Shown: positions 38,790-50,233 of the stretch, piece after piece | How positions within the stretch are numbered: position 1 is the first letter of the stretch | Layout: each line of letters begins with the position of its first letter | NCBI RefSeq assembly: GCF_963921235.1 | Contig: NC_086097.1 | Span: 209,314,001 to 209,378,000, forward strand | Length of the DNA stretch: 64,000 nt | DNA from: Mobula hypostoma | Lineage: Eukaryota | Direction: 5' to 3' | Notes under the pieces: generated by a model | What the model saw: the letters and a program-made list of their open reading frames with translations, nothing else | The model's database searches: none | Told to the model about the DNA's origin: nothing | Translations under genes and position numbers: made by a program

Positions 38790-39482
38790 GCTCCTCACCT
38801 GTGAGTCTGTTGGGGTCATTTACTATGTTTGGTGGTTCCGGTGTGGCCTCCTGTATATCAGTGAGACCAGACATACAAACGTAGATTGTGAGACCACTTC
38901 GCCAAGCATCTACGCTCTGTCTGCCAGAACATGCGGGATCTCCCAGTGGCCACCCATTTTAATTCCACTTTCCATTCCCATTCCAGTATGTCCATCCATG
39001 GCCTCCTCCACTGTTGTGATGAGGTTGGAGGAACAATACCTTATATTTCATTTAGGTAGCCTCCAACTTGATGGCATGAACATCGATTTCACTATCTTCT
39101 GGTAATGCCCCCCACACCCCCTTCACCATTTCCCATCCCCTTTTCCCTCCCTCACCTTATCTCCTTGCCCACCCATCACCTCTCACTGGTGCTCCTCCCC
39201 CCTCTTTTTTCTTCCATGGCCTACTGTCTCTTTCACTAATGAACTTCCCAGCTGTTTACCTGATCCCTCCCCCTCCAGGTTTCACCTATCACCTGGTGTT
39301 TCGCTCTCCCCTCCCCCACTTTTTAAATCTACTCCAGCCTTTTTTCTCCTGTCCTGCCGAAGGCATTTGGCCAGAAATGTCAATTGTACTTTTTTCTATA
39401 GATGCTGCCTGGCTTGCTGAGTTCTTCCAGCATTTTGTAGGTGTTGCTCAGATTTCCTGCATCTGCAGATTTTCACATTTGT
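38790..39482 (+). mobile_element. Penelope-like element 3' fragment with GIY-YIG endonuclease remnant
   Basis: TCESVGVIYY..RCGLLYISETR, PVATHFNS and LEEQYLIFHLGSLQLDGMNIDF, followed by a pseudo-LTR with a degenerate hammerhead (39349-39386). Confidence 0.88.
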
Positions 39483-39891
39483 GATTTGGAGAAACATAAT
39501 ATACAGTATATTATATGGTTATATATGTTATATACATGTACAGTATATAATTAAATAACAATGAACTTGATTCGTATTCTTTACAAAATTGCATTCATCA
39601 ACCAGATTTGTTACACAAAGTGCTAAAGATATGAATGTGTCAGCCAGGAATGTACATTGATATAACGGAATTTTACTCCTTGGAGATGTTGTCAGTCATA
39701 ACTTTTGTAAACTGTCTTTGATATACTACCAAACACTGAGTTTGTATTTTTGTTCTCATGTTCTTTTTGAAGGTAATATCATGAAAGTGTTACAGAGGAA
39801 TTTCCTAATCCAGTAGCATCAGGCACAGTGATTTGATTGATTTTGTTGTTTAAGTAATTGATTTAGTAGATCTTACTTTTTATTACATCAG

Positions 39892-40111
39892 ATTAATCCA
39901 CCTGATGTTGGGGAGCTATATAAAATTCGTATAGGCCATGATAATGAAGGAGAGGAGCCAGCCTGGTTTCTGGATGATGTAAAACTGAAAGATCTTCGCA
40001 CTGGACGGGTTATCAGCATTCCTGTCAACCGTTGGTTTGATGAGAATCAAGATGATGGAGATGTGTGGAGGGAATTTCCTATCACCAGACCAGGAGAAAA
40101 GCGCCTTCCAG
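39892..40111 (+). CDS. RP1: Host gene exon B, C-terminal half of PLAT domain 1
   Basis: Boundaries catcAG|ATT...CCAG|GTactg; 220 nt; phase 0 in, phase 1 out. Encodes INPPDVGELYKIRIGHDNEGEEPAWFLDDVKLKDLRTGRVISIPVNRWFDENQDDGDVWREFPITRPGEKRLP. Confidence 0.93.
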
Positions 40112-40124
40112 GTACTGTACAGTA

Positions 40125-40256
40125 TGATGAAGGGTCTTGGCCTGAAATGTTGACTGTACCTCTTCCTAGAGATGCTGCCTGGCCTGCTGCGTTCACCAGC
40201 AACTTTGATGTGTGTTGCTTGAATTTCCAGCATCTGCAGAATTCCTCGTGTTTGCA
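40125..40256 (+). mobile_element. Penelope pseudo-LTR fragment next to the exon B donor
   Basis: TGATGAAGGGTCTTGGCCTGAAATGTTGACTG..CAGCATCTGCAGAATT, flanked by ACTGTACAGTATG (40114-40126) and ACTGTACAATATG (40257-40269). Confidence 0.85.
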
Positions 40257-41141
40257 ACTGTACAATATGTTCTACATTGGTCTTTGATCTTCAGCCTTCC
40301 TTTTATTTATGAGAAAACTTCCATTTGCCTGCAACACTTTATTTCCACAACCTCTAATCTGAAATGCGATAAGTACTTGCAAGGAAAAATATTGGGGATA
40401 GGGAATGGAAGTAATTGAATAACATTTGCAGGAGACAGTACTGATACAATGGCTGAGATAGCCTCCGTATGTTCTGTGTCATTCAGTGATCATATTAATG
40501 CCATCCTGCACACTAGCAGAAATCATAATGCCCATTAATGTTCTCTTAATTTACATCTGACAAAGTGGAAAGGTACACAAGAAATCTGTCAAGTGGGCAG
40601 ACATGGGAGGCAGTGAATTAAGGGAATGGGGAGAGGACAATCCGTCAAGTGATGACGGGGGCTGGAATGAAGAACAAGAGGCAGCAGTCAACGAAGTCTG
40701 AGGAGGCCAGAGAATGAAGCCATGAGAGGTCAGTGACAAAATAGGTGAGAGGTCAGTGAGTGTTGCTGACAGCTTCAGAGAGGAATCTGTCACTGGTGTA
40801 ATGAAGACAAAACAAAATGTATTATAGGAAGCAAGCAGAGAGTGAAGCAGTGAGTGTCCAATATGTGAAACAATGTGAGCCAATGTGAGCCTTGTGAGGA
40901 TAATTCCTGAAGAGCACGTGGGTAGTGAGTTATGGCCTAGGTGATAGTGAGTTAAAAACACTGGATGATGACTGAGGTGGTGAAGGAGCAATGGGTGGAT
41001 CTATGTGATACAAATTTCTGCATTGCTATTCTGTTGAATTTTCAATGGACAACTTGAGTTGGAATGGAATATGACGCTTAAAGGATTTTAGGTGAAAGCT
41101 TTTGGAGTTGAGAAAATTAAGTGAATAAATATGTTTATGGA

Positions 41142-41352
41142 CTCAAGATATTCTTCAGATGTTGGAAATCTTGAGTAGCACATTTAAAAATGCTGCTGAA
41201 ACCCAATATTTAGGCGGTTATCTATGGAGGGAAACAAACAGACAATGTTTCAGGCTGAGACCCTGATAAAGTTCTGATGAGGGGTCTTGGCCAAAATGTC
41301 GACGGTTTATTTCCCTCCAGAGGGGCTACCTGACTTGTTGAGTTCCTCCAAC
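41142..41352 (+). mobile_element. Older Penelope-derived fold-back element
   Basis: Inverted arms (TGGAGGGAAACAAAC / GTTTATTTCCCTCCA) around CTGATGA-GGGGTCTTGGCC-AAAATGTC, a hammerhead with GAAA mutated. Confidence 0.75.
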
Positions 41353-42250
41353 AAGTATGTTTATATCTGGTTTAATTTATAATGGTGTATAGTTTTGTAC
41401 AGGCAAGTAGTTAAAGAATGCTTAATTCTATATAGATGATGATGCAAATAGATAGTGTTTTCTTTAGGTTTATTATTTATATGCAGGAAAGTTGTATATT
41501 GTAAGTGAGTTTTTAGTTTAGTGTAAGACTGAGCGAAGCATGCTGTATAACTTTCTTAAGTATATTAGATACTGCTCTTGAATTTAAGAATCGCTGTCTA
41601 CATGAGAGGATGTTCTGTTTTCACTAAACCTAGTCTGAGTAATAATGATTGCAGAAACTCAAGAAACCAACAACACCACAACTCTAATATGCATTTTTTT
41701 GTCTGGGCTAATTGGAAGCAAATAGTCTGTTTCCTCGGAGTGTATCAAGGATGCTTACCCTCCCCATCTCCTGACAACCCTACCTCTTGTGAAATCTATC
41801 TTCTCTATTCAAGAGATTAGAAAGCCTCAATTAACTCAGTTACCATATCCCAGAATATTATGATGCCAAGGATAAAGAAAATCACAACATTTGGAATCTC
41901 CTAATTTTACCTCTCCACGGGCACACTCTCTCTGATTTGATGCCCTTTCAAAGGATGGTTGGAGCTTCTTTCAATTACTGGGCTTGTTGAAACTTCAGAG
42001 CCAATGCTTAAATCCTTTGTACAGTATTTAGGTTCTGGTGGAATATGATATTATTTCACAAAACATTTGGCTGAAAATATTATGGGAGTCCACCGGAACA
42101 ACTGAATAACTTATATGTTGTCTAAATGTAATGTTCTGTACAGTTTTCAAAGAGCAATATATCAGATTAGAAAAAGTGTATTCCATATGTATTTTTTGCA
42201 CTTAATTTGCATTGTTAGCTATTTTAATTATTTTTTTCTATATGAACCAG

Positions 42251-42405
42251 TATTGCTTTATCATGTTCATGTGTTTACTGGAGACGAACCTGAAGCAAAC
42301 ACAGATGCCAATGTTTACATCAATATAGTTGGTGAAAGAGGAGATACGGGCAAACGGAAATTGCATAACTCACAGAACAATCAAAGAAAATTTCAAAAAG
42401 AACAG
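42251..42405 (+). CDS. RP1: Host gene exon C, N-terminal part of PLAT domain 2
   Basis: Boundaries aaccAG|TATTG...AACAG|GTaaca; 155 nt; phase 1 in, phase 0 out. Encodes (V)LLYHVHVFTGDEPEANTDANVYINIVGERGDTGKRKLHNSQNNQRKFQKEQ. Confidence 0.93.
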
Positions 42406-43504
42406 GTAACACAATGGAATAAAAATATTAAATCAGTAAAGAATGTTGTCAGCATAAACAATGACATGCATTCTGTTACAAAATGCAATCTTTAGTTATG
42501 TGTTGTGCAGCTGAGTCGTATCAAAACCCAAATGGTAAATGAGGCAGAGAACCTCAATACTGTTTTTGCATGGAGGCTGCTGGGCATGTACACTGATGTC
42601 AAATGGCATACTCTGCTCATTTTGATCCCACTTGCACACCAATTAACCAGGTATATAATGCCTATAATTGAATAAATCACAAAACAAAGAAAATTTCATA
42701 AAGAGCTTGGATCTGGACACTGAAGCAAGCTTTAACCAAAAGGGTTGAAGTTTACTTCGACATTCTTAGTCTCAACCCTGCCTGGACCATCATCAGAGCA
42801 TCTGAGTTATCAATCTTCTTCTAGATGGGTTATTTAATCAACTTGATCTTTACCCTCTCTACTTAGAATCCACATCTCTACTGCCAGATGTCCTTAAGTC
42901 ATCCTCAACCACTTCCCTGACTTTTCTACCATCTTCATTCTAGCCTCTCAATTGACAGTCTTTCCAATCACTCATATTCATCTCAGAGACCGGCCCAACA
43001 ATCACTTCTTTCCCAATTACCAGCCTAATCTTTTTTTCACAACCTGATGCACAGTGAAAGAGGAGACCCCAGCAAACAGAAATTGCTTAAGTTGCAAATA
43101 AAGTTCTGTAAGATACAAAATAAAGTGGGACCCCAAGCAATGTCTTTTTAACTTAGATTTTTACAAATTTCATAATTTCAAGACCCACATATTTTCTTTA
43201 ATTAGTACGGCATGTACGTGATTGATGTAATGTGGAAATTACAGTGTGGTATAATTTGTCACAAAACTGAATTACTCATTGTCAGTAATGCTTAAAAGTT
43301 TATAGAACAGGACAAATCCATTTGCTTCATTGTGTCCCTTTGCCAAAGTGATTTAATGCCATAGCCCATTCATAGTTCTTTGCTCTGTACCTCATTTGCT
43401 TCAAATGTTTATTTACTTTATTCTGAAAAAGATTCACATCAATAATCAGCTCTTGAGAATCTCTGCTGGGCAGAATTTAGACAGCAAAGATGCCTACATC
43501 ACGA

Positions 43505-45570
43505 TATTTGCATGATGTTCTGCATAGGTAAGTTCCAATGAGTCAGGGAACGGACAGTAATATACAGGAACTGTGGTGTACAAAGGCTGTTGAAAATCTA
43601 GTCAAGAAGAAAAGAAGAGCTTACGAAAGGTTCAAAAAACTAGGTAATGATAGAGATCTAGAAGATTATAAGGCTAGCAGGAAGGAGCGTAAACATGAAA
43701 CTAGGAGAGCCAGAAGGGGTCATGAGAAGGCCTTGACAAGCAGGATTAAGGAACATCTCTTCAGGTATGTGAAGAGCAAGAGGATAAGACGTGAGAGAAT
43801 AGGACCAATCAAGAGTGACAGTGGAAAAGTGTGTATGGAACCGGGGGAGGTAGCGGAGGCACTTAGTTAATATTTTGCTTCAGTATTCACTCTGGAAAAG
43901 GGCCTTGGCAATTGTAGGGATGACTTACAGTGGAATGAAAAGCTTAAGCATATAGACATTAAGAAAGAGGAAGTGCTGGAGCTTTTGGAAAGTATTAAGT
44001 TGGATAAGTCACCGGGACCGGACGATATATACTCCAGACTACTGTGGGAGGCGAGGGAAGGGATTACTGAGCCTCTGGCGGTGATCTTTGCATCATCAAT
44101 GGGGACGGGAGAGGTTCCAGAGGATTGGAGGGTTGCAGATGATGTTCCCTTATTCAAGAAAATGAGTAGAGATAGCCCAGGAAATTATAGACCAGTGAGT
44201 CTTACTTCAGTGGTTGGTAAGTTGATGGAGAAGATCCTGAGAGGCAGGATTTATGAATATTTGGAGAGGCATAATTTGATTAGGAATAGTCAGCATGGCT
44301 TTGTCAAGGGCAGGTCGTGCCTTACGAGCCTGATTGATTTTTTTGAGGATGTGACTAAACACATTGATGAAGGTAGAGCCGTGTATGTAGTGTATATGGA
44401 TTTCAGCAAGGCTTTTGATAAGGTACCCGATGCAAGGCTCATTGAGAAAGTAAGGAGGCATGGGATCTAAGAGGACCTTACTTTGTGGATTCAGAATTGG
44501 TTTGCCCACAGAAGGCAAAGAGTGGTTGTGGACAGGTCATATTCTGCATGGAAGTCGGTGACCAGTGCTGTGCCTCAGGAATCTGTTCTGGGACCTCTTC
44601 TCTTTGCGATTTTTATAAATGACCTGGATGAGGAAGTAGAGGGATGGGTTAGTAAATTTTCTGATGATACAAAGGTTGGGGGTGTTGTGGATAGTGTGGA
44701 GGGTTGTTGGAGGTTACAGCAGGACATTGATAGGATGCAAAACTGGGCTGAGAAATGGCAGATGAAATTCAACCTTGATAAGTGTGAGGTGGTTCATTTT
44801 GGTAGGTCAAATATGATGGCAGAATATAGTATTAATAGTAAGACCCTTGGTAGTGTGGAGGATCAGAGGGATCTTGGGGTCCAAGTCCATAGGACACTCA
44901 AAGCTGCTGTGCAGGTTGACTCTGTGGTTAAGAAGGCATACAGTGCATTGGCTTTCATCAACCATGAGATTGAGTTTAAGAGTCGAGAGGTAACATTACA
45001 GCTATGTAGGACCCTGGTCAGACCCCACTTGGAGTACTGTGCTCAGTTCTGGTCACCTCACTACAGGAAGGATGTGGAAACAATAGAAAGGGTACAGAGG
45101 AGATATACAAGGAGGTTGCCTGGACTAGGGTGCATGCCTTATGAGAATGGATTGAGTGAACTTGGCCTTTTCACCTTGGAGCGACAGAGGATGAGAGGTG
45201 ACCTGATAGAGGTGTGTAAGATGATGAGAGGAATTGATCGTGCGGATAGTCAGAGGCTCTTTCTCAGGGCTGAAATGGCTAACATGAGAGGGCACAATTT
45301 TAAGGTATTTCAAAGTAGGTACAGGGGAGATGTTAGGGGTAAGTTTTTTTACGCAGAGAGTGGTGAGTGCATGGAATGGGCTGCCGGCAATGGTGGTGCA
45401 GGCAGATCCAACAGGGTCTTTTAAGAGACTTTTGGATAGGTACATGGAGCTTAGAAAAAATAGAGGGCTATGGGTAACCCGAGGTAATTTCTAAAGTAAG
45501 CATATGTTCAGCACAGCATTGTGGGCCGAAGGGCCTGTATTGTACAGTAGGTTTTCTATGTTTCTATGTA
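43505..45570 (+). mobile_element. CR1 LINE, 5'-truncated ORF2, same subfamily as 35629
   Basis: KSPGPDDIY, GNYRPVSLTSVVGK, YMDFSKAFDKVP, SKFSDDTK motifs and a TTCTATGT tail. Confidence 0.95.
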
Positions 45571-46722
45571 GGATGCTCTTTGTCGATTACAATCAACACT
45601 TAACACCATCATCCCCTTAAAACTAATCAGTCAACTTGAAGAACTGGGCCTTAATACCCCCTTGTGCAATTGGATCCAGGATATCCTCACTCGTAGACCC
45701 CAGTCAGTTTGGATTGGCAAAAAAACTACCCTCCAGAAGCTTCATCAGCACAGGAGTACTGCAGAAATGTGTAGTTAGCCCACCGCTCTACTCACTTTAC
45801 CCCCATGACTGTGCGGCTAAGTACAGCTCCAAAACCATATACAAGTTTGCTGATGACACCACTGTTAGGGGCTGTGTCCAAGGTGGTGATGAATCAGTAT
45901 ACAGTAGGGAGACTGAAAATTTGGCTGAGTGGTGTCATAACAACAATCTCTCACTCAATGTCAAAAAAGCCAAGGAACTGATAGTAGACTTCAGGAGAGG
46001 GAAATCAGAGGTCCATGAGCCAGTAATCATCAGAGGATCAGAGTTGGAAAGGGTCAGTATCTATAAATTTCTGGGTGTCACTATATCAGAGAACCTGACC
46101 TGGACCCATCATATAAATATATTTGCAAAGAAAGCACAACAGTGCTTCTACTTCCTCAGTTGTCTGTGGAGATTCGGCATCTCATCAAAAACCTTGGCAA
46201 ACTTCTATAGATGTGTAGTGGGAAGTGTGTTGTCTGACTGCATTAAGGCCTGGTATGGGAACACCAATGCCTTTGAGTGGAAAATCTTACAAAAACTAGT
46301 GGATTCGACCCAGTACAACACAGGTAAACTCTACCCACCATTGAGCACATCTACATGAAATGTTGCCTTAGAAAGGCAGCATCTATTAACAAAGATACTC
46401 ACCAGCCAGGCCAAGCTGTTTTCTCACTGCTACCATCAGGTAGAAGGTACAGGTGCCTCAGGACTCACACCACCAGGTTCAAGAACAGTTACTACCCCTC
46501 AACCATCAGACTCTTGAACAAAAGGGGATAACTACACTCATTTAAGGACTCTTTTATCTCATTATTTCATGCTCATTATTTATTGCTATTTATTTATTAT
46601 CGGCATTTGCACAGTTTGTTTACAGTTTGCAGTTCCTGATGTTTACAGTTTATAGATCCTGTTTATAGTTACTGTTTTATAGATTTGCTAAGTATGCCCG
46701 CAGAAGAAGAATCTCAGGATTA
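45571..46722 (+). mobile_element. Rex1/Babar-type LINE RT and 3' end
   Basis: SPPLYSLYPHDC, YKFADDTT, LSLNVKKAKELIVDFRR, YKFLGVTI and KTLANFYRCVV motifs. Confidence 0.9.
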
Positions 46723-46765
46723 TAGCCCACGTTCAATCCAGACCTTTGGTACTGTCTGTGTAGAG

Positions 46766-48980
46766 TAATAGTCACCAACCTTTTTAAGCCCAAGATCCCC
46801 TACCTCGACCTCAGTGAAAGGCAAGATCTACCTACTAAATCGTTTAGAGAAAAAAACGGCTCAGATTGTACTTCCAATTTGAGGCCTTTTATATGAGCGA
46901 ATTGTATTTGAATTACACAAAATACTTTTGTCAAACTTGCAAATTAATTCAAACAAGGAAACACTGTAACTAGCATATCAAACAGGCATAGCTGTCTTTC
47001 TTTAAGAATATTATAATACTTCACACCTTTAATTCTAAGTTTCATTATTTAATTTTATTTCAAAAAAATAAATGAATAAATATTGACTGTTGCACTCAGT
47101 GTGATGACTGGGGCTGAATACTTTCTGCTAGTTCCCTGAAATTTAGCTCATAACTACAGACAGCCAGTCTGAGACAGTCTGTGAGGTGTAGGGTTGCCAA
47201 CTGTCCCGTATTATCCCCGCTAAGGTAGAACATTCCTATGAAACCTTTCGTGCCGAAATGCTTTACGCCAAAGAAGCAATTACCATTAATTTATATGGAA
47301 AATAATTTTGAGCGTTCCCAGACCCAAAAAAAAACCTACCAAATCATACCAAATAACACATAAAACCTAAAATAACACTAACATATAGTAAAAGCAGGAA
47401 TGATATGATAAATACACAGCCTATATAAAGTAGAAATAATGAAAATTAAGCCAAAACCGATTCCGCGCAAAGCTTCATGGTCATGGTAGTCTTTCTCGGG
47501 GAAACACAAATGTCCCGGGATTTGACTGCTACTTTTGTCCCTTATTTGGGAGTGAGAAAGTTGGCAACCCTAGTGAGGTGTCTGTCAGTAAGACAGCTCC
47601 TGTACTTGGATTTAATAATGTTCATCCGTGAAAATGCAATTTCACATCGATAAGTTGACCCGAACTAGGCACTGACTTTTAGTGGTATAAAACCAACGAG
47701 CACACCACACATTGCTTGGCCCCATCAGTAGTAATTGCCAGTAGTTTATGAATGGGGATGTCATTTTCACGGACATAATTTTTAAACTCATTGTAAATAT
47801 CCTCACCTCTCGTTCTTTCCTTTAATTGCCAAAGAGTGAGGAAGTCCTCCTTTGTTGGAAAATCCTGGAAAGCCATTCTGACAAATAAAACAAGCTGAGC
47901 TGTTTGCATTACATTCAGGGATTTATCGAACTGCAGTGAAAAATATTCACGTCCTCTGACGGTGACTCTACCCTCCTTGTCACTGTTGCAGGGCCAAGCG
48001 GTATATTATGTATTGCGGTTGTGATGCCGTTTTTGTTTTTAAAGTCATTAAAAACAGTCTCTGCGGTAATGGCCATTGGTTCCCTGAATAAATCGCCACC
48101 TGTAAAAGGTTTCTTGTGTTTAGCCAAAAGGTGAGTTACAGGAAATGATGCTTCAATAGCAGCCTTATTTTGAGCAGCATGTTTTGTGGAAAACAATTGC
48201 TAGGCCTTCAACCCCGATTTCAGCTCAACTTTCCAGGCATGAATTGCGCTCTTTGGGGGGTAGGTGTCTTTAAATTCCTGGTGGTTGGTGTTGTGGTGCC
48301 GCTCCAGATTCCCTCTTTTAGTCAGTGCTTGTGTTTGGTGGCACAACATACATACACACTTGTCTTTCACCAAGGTAAATAGAAATTCCTCTTCCCATTC
48401 TGGATGGAATTTGTATGTTTTCACCTTCTTTCGTGGAGCCTCCGCCATGCTATCAGGATATCACAAGTGATTGCCGATTGCGTCGCCTCTGATCTGAGCC
48501 GACATTCACGTGCCGGGCAGCACCTAATTAATTAGCTGGTTTATTTCGGCTTTTTTCCCTTAAAAATGTGCTGTGTGCATCCAGACTACCCCTGCACCCC
48601 TGCATGCTTCGCGGCCCGGAGGTTGGGGACACTGCCATATATTGATGTTTGCGACAGTCCGTACTCTTACCTAATCTGATTGGTCACTTTGATGCAACAC
48701 AGGCTACACTGAAAACGCGGTGCATGACGAGGGAGCTACACACATGCGCACTGGGCAGAAAGAACGGAACTAAACCCCCACAACCTGGAAACAATCTCTC
48801 TTTACAAACAGCTTTTTAGTGAAAATATTGCTATTTTACCATTATCCTAATTAGTATTACTTTTATAATGCTCACATTACAACAGTATTTGTGTATTTAG
48901 TTTTGATTTTTCCTTGGGATCTACTGGGAAAGTCTCTACAATCAACTGGTCGATCGCGATCAACAGGATGGCGACCCCTA
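46766..48980 (-). mobile_element. hAT (Charlie/Buster, GTF2IRD2/ZBED8-like) DNA transposon with deleted, decayed transposase
   Basis: 8-bp TSD GTGTAGAG (46758-46765 and 48981-48988, central TA) and imperfect TIRs TAATAGTCACCAACCT / AGGATGGCGACCCCTA. Minus-strand motifs: MAE..FHPEWEEEFLF..CVCMLC..NLERHH (BED finger), KKPFTGGDLF, TAQLVLFVR and AITTDGA. It interrupts a V-SINE/HE1-like sequence (CTGTCTGTGTAGAG|TTTGCA). Confidence 0.92.
47189..47572. mobile_element. hAT MITE nested in the transposase 3' end
   Basis: Perfect 14-bp TIR TAGGGTTGCCAACT / AGTTGGCAACCCTA and 8-bp TSD GTGAGGTG (47181-47188 and 47573-47580). Confidence 0.95.
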
Positions 48981-49415
48981 GTGTAGAGTTTGCATCTACT
49001 CGCTGTGACAGCATACTTTTTCTCCATATTTCAAAAATGGCAGGTTGTTTAATTAATTGGGTAGGATTAGTGCAAATGCATATTTGTTGGTTGGCATGGA
49101 CTGAAAGGGAAAGGCTCAAGGGACTAATTCTCTGCCTCTCTATTCTATAAAAAATTCCTGTCCATCAGGAATCAAATTTTTCCTGTTCTGTGTTCCCACC
49201 TTCCCTCCATCCCATCTTTGTTTATTTTGTCATGTTCTTTCCTCTACTTGCCTTAGTCTTCGTATATCATCTAGAAACCAAGTCCTTGTCCATCATTGCC
49301 TGCTAGCCCTCAACTTAGAATCATCTTGCGAATGGTGCCTTTGTAGGTTTCATCATTTATGTCAACAGACTAACAATAAAAAAAAACATCTAGTGCTTTC
49401 TCAGTGTATATGACA

Positions 49416-49532
49416 AATAAACTCTTCTCAGGCCATGGGATTTTCCTCTGCATCATACCGGGTACAGGTATCGATTTTTTTTAGGTTATGATTGATACCT
49501 GTACCCAGCTGGAAGCCCGAGAAGAATTTATT
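49416..49532. repeat. Short two-stem inverted repeat, probably a second Penelope-type fold-back remnant
   Basis: AATAAACTCTTCTCAGGC pairs with GCCCGAGAAGAATTTATT; GGGTACAGGTATCGAT pairs with ATTGATACCTGTACCC. Confidence 0.65.
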
Positions 49533-50154
49533 CATAGACTAACCATACATTGCCTGATGATATCTGCCTGTTAGTGCCGGGACAGAACACCAATGCCAAT
49601 GCTGTAAGTGCAAATGACCTTTTAGGTCACCTTGTGATGGGAAAGGAAGAAAACACAGTATAGAAATCCATCAAAAGTTCACATCTTACTTCTTTAAATG
49701 TAATCCACAACTGTAGCTTTTTAAAATTGTAGCTCTCGATTAAGTTATATCTCCTCCACATCGTTTAGTGGTTTTAATATTTCGTATATTGCCTGACCTC
49801 AGGATTTTGTCTCAGAATCTATTACTTTAGGTCCTTAATTGTTTTGTTTGTGAGTTGATGAAAACTAGATACAGAATTCAAGAAAGGAGGAGCTATTTAC
49901 ATTTTACCATTTCTGGCAAGATTTATACAGCCAAAATACCATTTCAACTGGCGAACATCATTGCATAAATATTGACCATATTACATTTCCAAAACTAACA
50001 AAACAGCATTTGGTATGACAGATCATGATCCTTGTCTCAACACAGCATTTAATGTTTTATTACCAACAGAGGAGGTTCACAATTTACTTACTTGCAACTT
50101 ATTTTTCAATATTGTACTGGAACAACTGCAAATTATTATTTTTCTGTCTCACAG

Positions 50155-50233
50155 ATGGACACCTTTATCCTAGAGGCAGTTTCTGTTGGAATACTTAAAA
50201 AGATTGTAATTGGACATGACGGTGTGAAAGCAG
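50155..50233 (+). CDS. RP1: Host gene exon D, PLAT domain 2
   Basis: Boundaries tctcacAG|ATG...GCAG|GTacag; 79 nt; phase 0 in, phase 1 out. Encodes MDTFILEAVSVGILKKIVIGHDGVKA. Confidence 0.92.

Noticed and set aside
42115..42495. 126-aa ORF as a standalone gene
   Set aside because: Only 42251-42405 is PLAT-like and bounded by splice sites; the rest is intron read-through.
36575..45424. Long RT ORFs (305 and 313 aa) as active or domesticated genes
   Set aside because: They are parts of 5'-truncated CR1 copies with stops and frameshifts on either side.
35629..45570. Segmental duplication between the two + strand CR1 copies
   Set aside because: Different 5' truncation points and unrelated flanks indicate independent insertions.
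47600..48448. Domesticated GTF2IRD2/ZBED8-like host gene
   Set aside because: Frameshifted, internally deleted, and flanked by TIRs and a TSD, so it is a transposon relic.
46725..49160. tRNA gene (GTTCAATCC B-box-like motif)
   Set aside because: No cloverleaf; it is a degraded tRNA-derived SINE head interrupted by the hAT element.
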